A model generated the notes under the pieces. That model was not told where the DNA came from, ran no database searches, and saw only the letters and a program-made list of their open reading frames with translations. A stretch of DNA of 64,000 bases from a virus (taxonomy: Duplodnaviria; Caudoviricetes). A program made the position numbers and the translations under genes. The stretch is taken from IMG/VR virus record IMGVR_UViG_3300030330_005139; one strand, given 5' to 3'. Shown piece after piece: positions 45,516-54,803 of the stretch. The number at the start of each line of letters is the position of its first letter. The stretch's first letter is position 1.

Positions 45516-46460
45516 ATGTCATTCAAAGTAGATTCTTCAACAATCATTGATAACAATCAAGATTATACATTCCAGGGAGGAACTTTCACAGGAACCTTAA
45601 CTTCCAATGGTGGGTTTAACTGGGGAGATGTTCCTGTTGGACTTATGCACTGGTGGGTTAAAAGTAACGTATCAGATCTCCCATCTAATTGGCTTCATTG
45701 TAATGGACAGGCAATCAGCAGAACAACTTATTCTGATTTATTTGCAGTCATTGGAACAACATATGGTTCTGGTAATGGTTCAACAACCTTCAACCTCCCT
45801 GACACCAGAAATCACTACATTATGGGTGATGTGTCTGGATCTGTTGGTGCTGGTCCACATGCACCAAAAATCTCTAACCACTCTCACCCCAGTAACACAT
45901 TAGGCCAAGCAGTAAACATTCCTCATACTCACACAGCGACTTCTGGTGGTGCGAACTCTCCACACACTCACAGCGCCAATACCTCTAACGCTTCCAATGC
46001 CCCACACACTCACAACGCGGCGACTAGTGCAGCCAACATGCCACACAGCCATAATGGCAGCACTGGCAACAATGGAAGTCACACTCATGCAGCCGGTACT
46101 GTTCCAACATCCGAAGTCGAAGCTTCGCCAGCTGGTAATCAAAATTATGCAGCCAAAAACGTAAGCCAACTCATTCCCGAGGGAACACGGCCTGCAGGAG
46201 GACACTCTCACCCCGTTGCTGGAACTGGAGCCAATGCTCCACATGGTCACATCTTGCCATGGTCTGGGAACGCACCTCATGGTCACACCGCCAACATCAA
46301 TCAATCAAACGCTCCACATAGTCACAGCTTATCGGTGAGTGACGCTAATGCTCCACATGTTCACAATACTGATGTAACAAATAACAACCCAGTTTCAGCC
46401 TCCAACAGTGGTGTGGAGTTGCATAGTTATCTCATGAGACTTATCATCAAGGTTACATAA
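45516..46460 (+). CDS. Tail collar-domain fibre with 11 HxH motifs (paralog 3)
   Basis: WLHCNGQAISRTTYSDLF; HxH repeats. Confidence 0.85.
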   Translation: MSFKVDSSTIIDNNQDYTFQGGTFTGTLTSNGGFNWGDVPVGLMHWWVKSNVSDLPSNWLHCNGQAISRTTYSDLFAVIGTTYGSGNGSTTFNLPDTRNHYIMGDVSGSVGAGPHAPKISNHSHPSNTLGQAVNIPHTHTATSGGANSPHTHSANTSNASNAPHTHNAATSAANMPHSHNGSTGNNGSHTHAAGTVPTSEVEASPAGNQNYAAKNVSQLIPEGTRPAGGHSHPVAGTGANAPHGHILPWSGNAPHGHTANINQSNAPHSHSLSVSDANAPHVHNTDVTNNNPVSASNSGVELHSYLMRLIIKVT

Positions 46461-46502
46461 ACCACAATTTCAGTTATAATGTCAAAATATTGATTATCCA
46501 AA

Positions 46503-47621
46503 ATGAGATCTAAATTATTTTCCATCCTTGGTAACTCATATAAAGTTATACCGAATTATATCTCAAAGAAAGAAGCAATCAGACTTGGGAAGAAATTTGA
46601 GAAGGAAACTCGCGAAAAGAATTTACCAGGTGAGGCTGGAAACCTTGTGGGAGAAAACCACAACGACGAATACATGAATCCAGATCATGTTGCTCTTCTT
46701 TCTGAGAAGACCAAGTTCCTAAACAAGTTGTTTGGGACAAAGGTTGTTCCAAGTTATTGTTATTCTCGTGTTTACAGATCGGGAACTCATCTCGGAAGAC
46801 ACAAAGACAGGCCTGCCTGTGAAGTATCTCTGAGTGTTCATCTCTATGGAACAAAAGAGTGGGCATTTGGTATTGTCGATAAAGATGGAAAAGACATTGA
46901 AGTTGTTCTTCAACCTGGTGATGCCATCATCTATGATGCACCTTATGCGGAACACTGGAGACCACCATTTCCAGGAAATGATGATGATGTTTATGTTCAA
47001 ACATTTCAACATTATGTCTTTTTGAATGGAAAGTTTGAGAATGAGATCTTTGACAAGAAGAACTCAGTAACGAGTGTTGGTATTTCTAATGACCTAAAGT
47101 CTCAGATTTTTCTCTCTAAGGGTGTCTTTACAAAGAAAGAATGTAAAGAGATCATTAAAAGGGCAATCAAAGTGGATGATTGGGAACCACAACAAACTGT
47201 GGGAAAACATGAAGGTGTCAGGGTTTGTGAAGGATGGTTTATTCCAAAAATAGAAGAGATTGACTCCTTAATACACAGTAAGGTTGGTGAGATTCTAAGA
47301 AAATCGGAGATCTATTATACTGAACTTGGAGGAAGTCCCCAAATTAATGAGGATCATGGTTATACAGTTTTGAAGTACATACCTGGTGGAAAGTATGATC
47401 AGCATATTGATCAGGGCCCAACTAACAACAGAGTTCTCACAATGATTATTGCTCTCAATGATGATTATGAGGGTGGTGAGGTTGAATTCTGGGACGGAAA
47501 ATATAAGTTAAGATTAAATAAGGGAGATGTTTTAGTTTTCCCCTCCAATTTCATGTTCCCCCATGCAATTGTTCCGATCAAATCAGGGGAAAGATATTCT
47601 ATTGTTACTTGGATCACTTGA
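46503..47621 (+). CDS. Two-domain 2OG-Fe(II) oxygenase (prolyl-hydroxylase-like)
   Basis: HKDRPACE...HWR and HID...YEGGE...HAIVPIKSGERYS. Confidence 0.85.
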   Translation: MRSKLFSILGNSYKVIPNYISKKEAIRLGKKFEKETREKNLPGEAGNLVGENHNDEYMNPDHVALLSEKTKFLNKLFGTKVVPSYCYSRVYRSGTHLGRHKDRPACEVSLSVHLYGTKEWAFGIVDKDGKDIEVVLQPGDAIIYDAPYAEHWRPPFPGNDDDVYVQTFQHYVFLNGKFENEIFDKKNSVTSVGISNDLKSQIFLSKGVFTKKECKEIIKRAIKVDDWEPQQTVGKHEGVRVCEGWFIPKIEEIDSLIHSKVGEILRKSEIYYTELGGSPQINEDHGYTVLKYIPGGKYDQHIDQGPTNNRVLTMIIALNDDYEGGEVEFWDGKYKLRLNKGDVLVFPSNFMFPHAIVPIKSGERYSIVTWIT

Positions 47622-47622
47622 T

Positions 47623-48288
47623 ATGAATTACGAACTTGAATTAATTGAAGAGATGAGGAAGGCTCACTCCAATGATGATTTTATAAGAGAATTTAAAGGA
47701 AACTTATCACCCAAAGTTTGTAAACAATTAATTGATCTGTTTGAGAAAGAGACATATCTCACTACTCCTGGACAAACTGGAGCTGGACTGGACACTACGA
47801 TCAAAGATAGTCTAGATCTAATGATAGGTTACGCAGTAGTAGAGTCCAAAAAAGAAAAAAGAAGAAAGAAGTGGGCGAAGTTGGATTCAATTCTCTGCGA
47901 TGCCTTGAGTAAAGGAGTTAAGGAATATTACAACGAATTTAAGGTTTTTGATGAAAAGTATCCACATGAGTGGACGGCATTTAACCATCCTGCACTTGTT
48001 GACACTGGATATCAAATTCAAAAGACGACTCCAAAATCTGGTGGATACGTTCCACACCATGATTCAAGGTCAGAATTCATAGAAGATCGCCCTCAGACAA
48101 GACAGCTGACATTCATCTGGTATCTAAACGATGTTGATGGTGGACCAACTGGGTTCATCACAGGGAAAGACATTCAACCAGAGGAAGGAAAGTTGGTTCT
48201 CTTCCCAGCAACATGGAACATGGTTCACTGGGGTGTTCCACCCAACACGGGAAACAAATATATTGTTACAGGTTGGTTGTATGATTGA
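47623..48288 (+). CDS. 2OG-Fe(II) oxygenase
   Basis: HHD, FIWYLNDV, GKLVLFPATW..H, KYIVTGW. Confidence 0.85.
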   Translation: MNYELELIEEMRKAHSNDDFIREFKGNLSPKVCKQLIDLFEKETYLTTPGQTGAGLDTTIKDSLDLMIGYAVVESKKEKRRKKWAKLDSILCDALSKGVKEYYNEFKVFDEKYPHEWTAFNHPALVDTGYQIQKTTPKSGGYVPHHDSRSEFIEDRPQTRQLTFIWYLNDVDGGPTGFITGKDIQPEEGKLVLFPATWNMVHWGVPPNTGNKYIVTGWLYD

Positions 48289-48313
48289 CAACCTGGAGAG
48301 AGACCTGTAAGAT
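48285..48313 (+). promoter_or_regulatory. Sigma70-type early promoter
   Basis: TTGACA-17-TAAGAT. Confidence 0.7.
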
Positions 48314-48420
48314 ATCAGTGTTGCACCTTCTTATGACCGCTTCCGACAAGTTAATTTTTGTGTCATCCTTCTTCATTCTCATGAATTGGGGTGTTAGGGT
48401 AACTCAAGCTCTGATCAACC

Positions 48421-48834
48421 ATGCTCTTAACTGAAATCACTGGTCACAACTCAAGAAAGAAACTCTGTAGGAGTGTTATTCAGTGGTTTGACGCTAAGTA
48501 TCTAAAGGATTACACAATCGACCTCACAGTCCATCACAGAGGTCTCAAAAGAGAGGGTGTCTTTGGTTGGTGTACTCCTGAGACTGATGACATTGACCCT
48601 CGTGAATTTCTCGTTGAAGTTCACAACAGACTGGACGTGGACGCTTATGTGAAGATTCTTCTTCATGAACTTTGGCATGTCTATCAACATGTCCGAGGTG
48701 ATCTTGTCGATTATCCAGAGAAGAGATGTTGGAAAGGCATCGACCACACTGATACAAATTATGAAGATCAACCCTGGGAAAAGGAAGCAGTTGAAATGGA
48801 GGATGAACTCTATGAAGGATACTTAGAGTCATGA
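48421..48834 (+). CDS. HEXXH metallopeptidase-like protein
   Basis: LLHELWHVYQ...PWEKEA. Confidence 0.7.
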   Translation: MLLTEITGHNSRKKLCRSVIQWFDAKYLKDYTIDLTVHHRGLKREGVFGWCTPETDDIDPREFLVEVHNRLDVDAYVKILLHELWHVYQHVRGDLVDYPEKRCWKGIDHTDTNYEDQPWEKEAVEMEDELYEGYLES

Positions 48835-49052
48835 ACATCAGCATCTACAGTTACTACACAACAATTCTAATCTTCATGGTTGTTGTATACGTGATCTCAC
48901 AAGATCAACTCCTTTCAGCAAGAATTGACCTCAACTTCAGAGCTTTCATGTTAAACTTACGGAAGTTGTGGCTTATGATTAAACTTCACCCACGAAATTT
49001 CATCACTAACTGGCAATTCGAACGTAAGTACAGAAACAGGAACAAGAAATGA
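48831..49052 (+). CDS. Hypothetical membrane protein
   Basis: ATGA overlaps; TM segment. Confidence 0.6.
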   Translation: MNISIYSYYTTILIFMVVVYVISQDQLLSARIDLNFRAFMLNLRKLWLMIKLHPRNFITNWQFERKYRNRNKK

Positions 49053-49375
49053 ACTACAACAAAGTTTGGGAAAAGATGAACCATCTTGAGGAATCTTTCA
49101 GTTCCATCTCCACAATCAAAGAACTTGTTGATGACGTTGATCGAATGATTGATTGTGAGGATCTTGAGAAGGCAAAGGAATCAGCAACAGTTCTGAAAGG
49201 TTATCTTGACATCTTCACTCGTAAGTGGGACAAAGCATTCCGAAGTGCTTGGAATGATGTTGTCATCCCTTGTAAAATTGAGGATCTCCACAGTTACTCT
49301 GAGCTCAATTACTCTGAGATCGCAGATGCTCTTGAAGAAGAAAAGCGACTGGATGAGACCTGTGGCACTCTCTGA
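49049..49375 (+). CDS. Hypothetical protein
   Basis: ATGA overlap; 108 aa. Confidence 0.65.
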   Translation: MNYNKVWEKMNHLEESFSSISTIKELVDDVDRMIDCEDLEKAKESATVLKGYLDIFTRKWDKAFRSAWNDVVIPCKIEDLHSYSELNYSEIADALEEEKRLDETCGTL

Positions 49376-49577
49376 GCAACAGTGGAAGCAAATGAAGATT
49401 CTTCTCAGAATGAAAAGGAAGATGCCTCACATCTTTGATGAATCTGCATCAATGCGTTGGAATCAACTTAAGGGGTTGGCAACCCAAGATAAAAGGGTTA
49501 ATCTAGGTTCTGTAGCACCTCCGCACAATAAATAAACTCTGTGGAGGAAACAACTATTGTTTTTCAAGGTCAAAACA

Positions 49578-49781
49578 ATGTCCAAAGAAAAAGATCCAAA
49601 CGACAAGTATTCAGAGTACGACTTCGGTCTTCACTGTAAAGAAGAACACAAGGAAGATGAGTGGGACTCTGAGCACGACGGCAAAATTGCTGATTGGCAT
49701 GAGCGTCATCGAGATCAACTCTTAGATGACTTCTGTGATACACATCCAGGTTCTCCGATGTGTAAGGTCTTTGACGTTTGA
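49578..49781 (+). CDS. cp12: CP12-like protein (Calvin-cycle inhibitor-type C-terminus)
   Basis: C-terminal LDDFCDTHPGSPMCKVFD resembles the CP12 C-x8-C tail. Confidence 0.55.
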   Translation: MSKEKDPNDKYSEYDFGLHCKEEHKEDEWDSEHDGKIADWHERHRDQLLDDFCDTHPGSPMCKVFDV

Positions 49782-49951
49782 TTATGAGAGTCGAACAGAT
49801 GTTGATGGATCTCCAAACACACATAAAGTATTTGGAGACCACGATCGAAAAACAGAAAAACGAGATTGAAAAGTTGCAACAACTTATTCAATTCATACAA
49901 GACGCTTCACCTCCTTCAAAAAAGTTTGATCTCTGAGTTGATTTAAACAAA

Positions 49952-50140
49952 ATGACCGACAAAGAAAAAGCGGCACTCAATCTCATGATTGAAAGTGTAC
50001 TCAAACCTGATGCAAAGTTGAGAGGTTGTGCATATAACCAAGGTTGTTATGAAGAATTGATGCTCTGGCGTGGAAGAATCCTGGAGCAACTTTATAGTTA
50101 TGAAAAAGGTGATTCGAATGAAGTTCCGTCTGAAGTATGA
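49952..50140 (+). CDS. Hypothetical protein
   Basis: 62-aa ORF. Confidence 0.6.
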   Translation: MTDKEKAALNLMIESVLKPDAKLRGCAYNQGCYEELMLWRGRILEQLYSYEKGDSNEVPSEV

Positions 50141-50270
50141 CAAGCCCAAGAAGAAGGGTCGGTGGTCGCGCCAAGAAGCAACGTTTTATGACATGAACGA
50201 CCTTCTCTGGTATAAAGACATTATACTGGAGTCTGGTTGTAAAAACTACACGATTACACCTGTTGATTGA
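50118..50270 (+). CDS. Hypothetical protein
   Basis: KPKKKG...QEATFY. Confidence 0.55.
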   Translation: MKFRLKYDKPKKKGRWSRQEATFYDMNDLLWYKDIILESGCKNYTITPVD

Positions 50271-50566
50271 TTATGGAACTCTTCTTCCATCGTGCCCCAG
50301 ATGGTTACGAATACGTTATTGACGACTTCAACAATACAACCAAACGAATCTGGATTCTCAATCGATCCAGAGAATTTATCTATCGTGAGGGTGCTGGACC
50401 TCCACGATCTGTTTGGGGTTTCTACAAACCAAAATCAAAGAAGTTTTACTCACCAATCAACCACAAAAAGGTTGGTAAAGAAGTTGACTTGAAAGAAACA
50501 TCTCCTTATTCTGCAATGCCACTCAACCTAAACCCACTAGAATCAATTCTCTATGGAAACTCGTAA
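50267..50566 (+). CDS. Hypothetical cyanophage protein
   Basis: SVWGF...SPINHKKVG...YSAM. Confidence 0.7.
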   Translation: MIMELFFHRAPDGYEYVIDDFNNTTKRIWILNRSREFIYREGAGPPRSVWGFYKPKSKKFYSPINHKKVGKEVDLKETSPYSAMPLNLNPLESILYGNS

Positions 50567-50825
50567 AGAGAAGATGCAGTTTGAATATGAAACTCCGAGA
50601 GTTGATGATTATGTGAGGTGGACCACATCAACTGGAATGGTTCATGAAGGATGGGTTTACTTTGCTGGTGATGAATACATTACAATTGAACTTGGGGTAA
50701 AGGATAAACCCAATTGCGAATACACGGTGAATGAGAAGCACAAAAAGATTCACAACTTACTCGTATGTCAAAACTGGTACTGGTCTGAGTTAGAATACAT
50801 CAAGACCAGAAAGGCTAGTAAATAG
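50553..50825 (+). CDS. Hypothetical protein
   Basis: DDYVRW...EGWVYF...YITIE. Confidence 0.7.
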   Translation: METRKEKMQFEYETPRVDDYVRWTTSTGMVHEGWVYFAGDEYITIELGVKDKPNCEYTVNEKHKKIHNLLVCQNWYWSELEYIKTRKASK

Positions 50826-50848
50826 ACACATTAACTTATGAGACTTAA

Positions 50849-51544
50849 ATGAAACGAACTTTATTTACTCTGGCACTTTTGTTGTCAGGAATGATTCCTG
50901 TGGGAGCCACACAATACACTGATGAAGTTGACTTCTCAACAAATCCCATCAGTGAAGTTGATTACAACTCAAACCATTCGATGGGTTGCATGTTACTTCA
51001 GGAATGTACTGCTGGAGTTGTCGAGATCACCTCATCGCAGGACCTGAAAGATTATTATGGTGAGTATTCCGAACTTCCATCAGAGTTTGAGAGCCTCCTG
51101 GAAGTTTTTGACGAGATTGGAATCAAAGTTTTCATTGCACCTGAGGAATACTTTGTTCAGAACACTCGTGGTGTTTATCACACCGTTTCGAACAATTTCT
51201 TTCTTAATGCAAAATACATGCAACATAAACATCATCTGATGTCTGTTGTTCGTCATGAAGGTTGGCATGCAGCACAGGATTGTATGGCTGGAAGCATCAA
51301 TAACTCATACATCGCTGTGATCCGCAATGACGATGACATTCCTCAGCTTTGGAAAGACATGGCTGAAGAACTTTATCCCCCAAGTGCTGTTCCCTGGGAG
51401 CAAGAGGCGGGATGGGCAGGAAGAACTGAGGGCATGACCCTTGAGGCACTCCGTGCGTGTGCTTCACCGACACCCATGTGGGAAATCTTGGAACCCACAC
51501 CACTGACGCGTCAGTTCCTGGTCGATAAGGGTTTCATCAAATGA
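50849..51544 (+). CDS. Secreted HEXXH metallopeptidase-like protein
   Basis: Signal peptide; RHEGWHAAQDC...WEQEA. Confidence 0.7.
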   Translation: MKRTLFTLALLLSGMIPVGATQYTDEVDFSTNPISEVDYNSNHSMGCMLLQECTAGVVEITSSQDLKDYYGEYSELPSEFESLLEVFDEIGIKVFIAPEEYFVQNTRGVYHTVSNNFFLNAKYMQHKHHLMSVVRHEGWHAAQDCMAGSINNSYIAVIRNDDDIPQLWKDMAEELYPPSAVPWEQEAGWAGRTEGMTLEALRACASPTPMWEILEPTPLTRQFLVDKGFIK

Positions 51545-51653
51545 CAACAATTTACGTCTTATTCTTGACACTGGGTCTCTGTGGTGTAATGCATGTTACT
51601 ATTCCTGGGAGATATCGATAAGAAAAGTCAAGTCTTAAGAATAAATAAAACAC

Positions 51654-51682
51654 TTGACAGATCCCACCTGTCGGTGTAAACT
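51654..51682 (+). promoter_or_regulatory. Sigma70-type promoter
   Basis: TTGACA-17-TAAACT. Confidence 0.6.
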
Positions 51683-51707
51683 TAATTCACATTCACCAGT
51701 CAGAACG

Positions 51708-51878
51708 ATGCAACTTTCTTCTTTGCCGGGTCAGAAAACGAAATATCGCATCACTCTTGAACTTGATGTTTTTGAAGACTTCTCACCCAATGATATTGAT
51801 TGGGAGAAAGTCCTTGACATTCAAGGAGATGAATCGATTAAATCTTATGTTGAAGATCTCTCGGTGGATGTTTGGTAA
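51708..51878 (+). CDS. Hypothetical protein
   Basis: KYRITLELDV...IDWEKV. Confidence 0.6.
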   Translation: MQLSSLPGQKTKYRITLELDVFEDFSPNDIDWEKVLDIQGDESIKSYVEDLSVDVW

Positions 51879-51883
51879 TTGTT

Positions 51884-51910
51884 AAGACACCTTACAAAGG
51901 TGTCTTTTTT
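51884..51910 (+). terminator. Intrinsic terminator
   Basis: AAGACACCTT-aca-AAGGTGTCTT then T-run. Confidence 0.8.
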
Positions 51911-51941
51911 ATGCTAAAATACTATTACTTGAGTCAGTAAA

Positions 51942-52103
51942 ATGGTCCTTCTCCCATACCTTCCTGTCGAGATTCCAGATGAGACCATTGAAATGAGGGA
52001 ATCAGTTCGCAAACTGATTGAACTTGATCCAAAAAATGATGAGTGGAGTCACGATCATGATGATGGAGACTTTGAGTTGGAAACAATGGAGACTGTTTAT
52101 TGA
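51942..52103 (+). CDS. Hypothetical acidic protein (53 aa)
   Basis: Translated by hand: MVLLPYLPVE... Confidence 0.45.
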   Translation: MVLLPYLPVEIPDETIEMRESVRKLIELDPKNDEWSHDHDDGDFELETMETVY

Positions 52104-52131
52104 TAAATAAGAAGAAGCTGTCTTTAGAAGA

Positions 52132-52761
52132 ATGAAGAATCTGAGAGATTTTGTGTCTGAAGCAACTTACGATCCAGATATTGCTGGTCGTTCTCAGATC
52201 AGAACAATGGGACAGGGTGGCAGACTGGCACCTTCCAAGAAAAAAGACGAAGCTCAGAAGACAAGAATGAAAGCCGCTGGTGGCGGTAAGATGGTCCCTG
52301 CAAAGGATTATAAACCTCGTTCTGACATTGGAACACCCAAACCCAAGTCCGCAAACATTCAACAACCCACAAAAGAACGTGGGTCTGCTGAGGTCAAACA
52401 GTCTTACGCAGATAAAGTAAGAGCTGAGAGAAAAGCTGCAGCACAAGCAAGAATTGCTGCTAAGAAATCAGGTGGTGAGGTGAAGAAAGACACCACATCT
52501 GCCAAAGCAAGTGAGAAGCAGGCAACTGAACTTCTGAAGAAAAAGACAACCAAGGCTGTCAACCCTAATTACAAGCCCCAGAAAGCGTCAGGATATACTA
52601 GACAAGAGCGCATGAAGATTACCCGCAAAGGTGAGACTGAACTCCGTGGCATCATGAAGCAACAAGAGACAGATCGTTATAAGAAAGAAACTGGCACCAA
52701 CCCTGACGCAAAAGGTCGGACTAAAATTATGGGTAGAGTACATCGCAGGATGAGCACTTGA
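52132..52761 (+). CDS. Basic Lys/Ala-rich protein, probable internal head protein
   Basis: ATAAATA upstream; N-terminus MKNLRDFVSEA resembles a capsid-targeting sequence. Confidence 0.6.
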   Translation: MKNLRDFVSEATYDPDIAGRSQIRTMGQGGRLAPSKKKDEAQKTRMKAAGGGKMVPAKDYKPRSDIGTPKPKSANIQQPTKERGSAEVKQSYADKVRAERKAAAQARIAAKKSGGEVKKDTTSAKASEKQATELLKKKTTKAVNPNYKPQKASGYTRQERMKITRKGETELRGIMKQQETDRYKKETGTNPDAKGRTKIMGRVHRRMST

Positions 52762-52823
52762 TGTGTTATAATGTTAGTAACCACCAAAGCTCCCCTTTGG
52801 TGTAATCACTAATCTAAAACGAC

Positions 52824-53015
52824 ATGTCGAGCACCCTTCTGGCAATTCAATCTCTTCGTAAAGTTTGGCGTGAGCAAGACTTCAAATTGAGTTCTGATCA
52901 ACAAAAACGTCTCGACGAGTTGACAGACCTTCGCCGCCGTGAAGTGAGTGAATTCTATGAACAGGGTCGCGTTTGGTCTGGTCCTTCTGAGGCTAGCAAA
53001 CCCGTCGAAGAGTGA
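52824..53015 (+). CDS. Hypothetical protein
   Basis: First ORF after repeat 1. Confidence 0.65.
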   Translation: MSSTLLAIQSLRKVWREQDFKLSSDQQKRLDELTDLRRREVSEFYEQGRVWSGPSEASKPVEE

Positions 53016-53021
53016 CAAACT

Positions 53022-53047
53022 GAGGGGGTTTCGCCCCCTCTTTTTTT
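53022..53047 (+). terminator. Intrinsic terminator
   Basis: GAGGGGG-tttcg-CCCCCTC followed by T7. Confidence 0.85.
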
Positions 53048-53060
53048 ATCTTAACTTATC

Positions 53061-53354
53061 ATGACAATGACTGAATCTAATTACAGAGTTCTGAAGTTTG
53101 GTAATCATCCCACCGAGGGTTTGTGGAACAGCAGAACATTCACTCGTTCGCTTGTTGAGGCAGAAAGTCTTTTTCATGAAGCAGAGGTTGAGCGTGCCAC
53201 TGGTGGAGATCTCATCGGTTCTGTTCTCATTAAGGTTGATGACGATTCCTGGCATGTCCTTGACAAGTTTGGCACAGAGGGTTACAGTATTGGTCTGTCT
53301 CAAGTTGGAGTGTTTGAGGTCTCAAATTCCGACACTGTTATGGATCTATCATGA
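53061..53354 (+). CDS. Hypothetical protein
   Basis: 97-aa ORF. Confidence 0.6.
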   Translation: MTMTESNYRVLKFGNHPTEGLWNSRTFTRSLVEAESLFHEAEVERATGGDLIGSVLIKVDDDSWHVLDKFGTEGYSIGLSQVGVFEVSNSDTVMDLS

Positions 53355-53623
53355 AATTTGTTGACTTTACGGCAGAAGAATATACCTTCGTTACCAAATT
53401 ATTGGAAGAGACGAAGGCATCTACAAACAAGGATCTTAAAGTTCTGAATGGTGCAATCTTGGCTCTCAAAATTGCATCGGCTGACGACCATTACCGTCGT
53501 TATGTGAAGATTGCTCCTCATGGTGAAAGACTCACTAGGGAACAATTCTTTGAGGAACTTTATCATATAACTGAACAAGATTTGAAGTCAAGAGATGATA
53601 ACGGCGGTTTCGGTTATTGTTAG
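53351..53623 (+). CDS. Hypothetical protein
   Basis: ATGA overlap; its TAG stop lies inside repeat 2. Confidence 0.6.
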   Translation: MKFVDFTAEEYTFVTKLLEETKASTNKDLKVLNGAILALKIASADDHYRRYVKIAPHGERLTREQFFEELYHITEQDLKSRDDNGGFGYC

Positions 53624-53647
53624 TAACCTCTAAAGCTCCCCTTTAGT

Positions 53648-54553
53648 ATGACTAAACCTCTCACCCACATAGCCCACCCAGAAGACCTCATCCTCTCCGG
53701 TGAGCTCTGGGTGGTTGATGCCCTAACTAATCAAGCCAATCACATCTCTGTCAAGATTGATGGAGCACCTGCGATTGTCTGGGGAACTCACCCACAAACT
53801 GGTAAGTTCTTTGTTTCAACCAAGTCTGCTTTCAACAAGAAAAAGGACAAAATCTGTTACACCATTGATGATGTCAGAAAGCACTTCAAAGGTGTTTATG
53901 AACTCCAAGACATTCTGATCACCTGTCTTATGAACTTGCCCGTAACTGAGGGCATCTTCCAAGGTGATTTCATTGGTTTTGGTGGTGAAGGTCAGAAAGC
54001 TTTCACTCCTAACACTCTCACCTACACCTTCTCTGAGGCACCACATCAGACCATCATTGTCGCCCCTCATACTTATTATGAGGTGGATTCTGACACTCAC
54101 ATGAGTCAAGCAGTCCCACATCCTCTGAAGGGTGATCTCATCTCGACCGACGATTGTTTGTTCATTCAACCTTTCGTTGATCGTTTCCAACGTGATCACC
54201 GTCCCTTCAAGATTAACAAGTCTCGTTGGAACTTTCTCTCTCAGAAAGACGCACAAAGTGCAATCATCTCCATCAACGCTTTGATCCGTTCTGGTCAAGA
54301 ACTTGATGACCAAACTCTCATCGAGATCATCGGTGATGCTGACCTGGTTAACCTCTATCAACTGGTCATTTCTCTAAAAGAGATGTTTATGGATGATCTC
54401 ATCGTTTATGGTTCTCCGACCTGTTCTGTGGGGTCTGAGAGGGTTCTGGCAGAGGGTTTCGTTATTTACTCCGACCACGGTGACATTCCTCTGAAACTTG
54501 TCAATCGTCATGAGTTCGCATTCAACAACATGAACTATGGTAAATTCTCCTGA
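53648..54553 (+). CDS. Ligase-like covalent nucleotidyltransferase-fold protein (DUF6267-like)
   Basis: H..HPED, VKIDGAP, FQGD, EGFVI, LKLVNR. Confidence 0.6.
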   Translation: MTKPLTHIAHPEDLILSGELWVVDALTNQANHISVKIDGAPAIVWGTHPQTGKFFVSTKSAFNKKKDKICYTIDDVRKHFKGVYELQDILITCLMNLPVTEGIFQGDFIGFGGEGQKAFTPNTLTYTFSEAPHQTIIVAPHTYYEVDSDTHMSQAVPHPLKGDLISTDDCLFIQPFVDRFQRDHRPFKINKSRWNFLSQKDAQSAIISINALIRSGQELDDQTLIEIIGDADLVNLYQLVISLKEMFMDDLIVYGSPTCSVGSERVLAEGFVIYSDHGDIPLKLVNRHEFAFNNMNYGKFS

Positions 54554-54605
54554 TTATTGTTAGTAACCTCCAAAGATCACCTTTAGTGTAACCGCCCCCC
54601 AACAC

Positions 54606-54803
54606 ATGAACGAACAGAACTCCAATCAACTGCGAGACAAAAGCATTGACACAATGGGTCAGACTCTTTTTGACCGTTTCGCTGAACTTCTGGACGACGA
54701 TCAAGAAACCGCTAAGGCACTCCATTCTGAATGGGTTGTTGATGGTCAGGATCCCGAAGAAGGCGATTACGAGTTCATCTTTGTTGAAAAGATCTCCTCA
54801 TGA
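54606..54803 (+). CDS. Hypothetical protein
   Basis: After repeat 3. Confidence 0.6.
   Translation: MNEQNSNQLRDKSIDTMGQTLFDRFAELLDDDQETAKALHSEWVVDGQDPEEGDYEFIFVEKISS

Noticed and set aside
39025-46304. Long minus-strand ORFs within the fibre genes
   Set aside because: Antisense shadows of Thr/Gly/Asn-rich repetitive coding sequence
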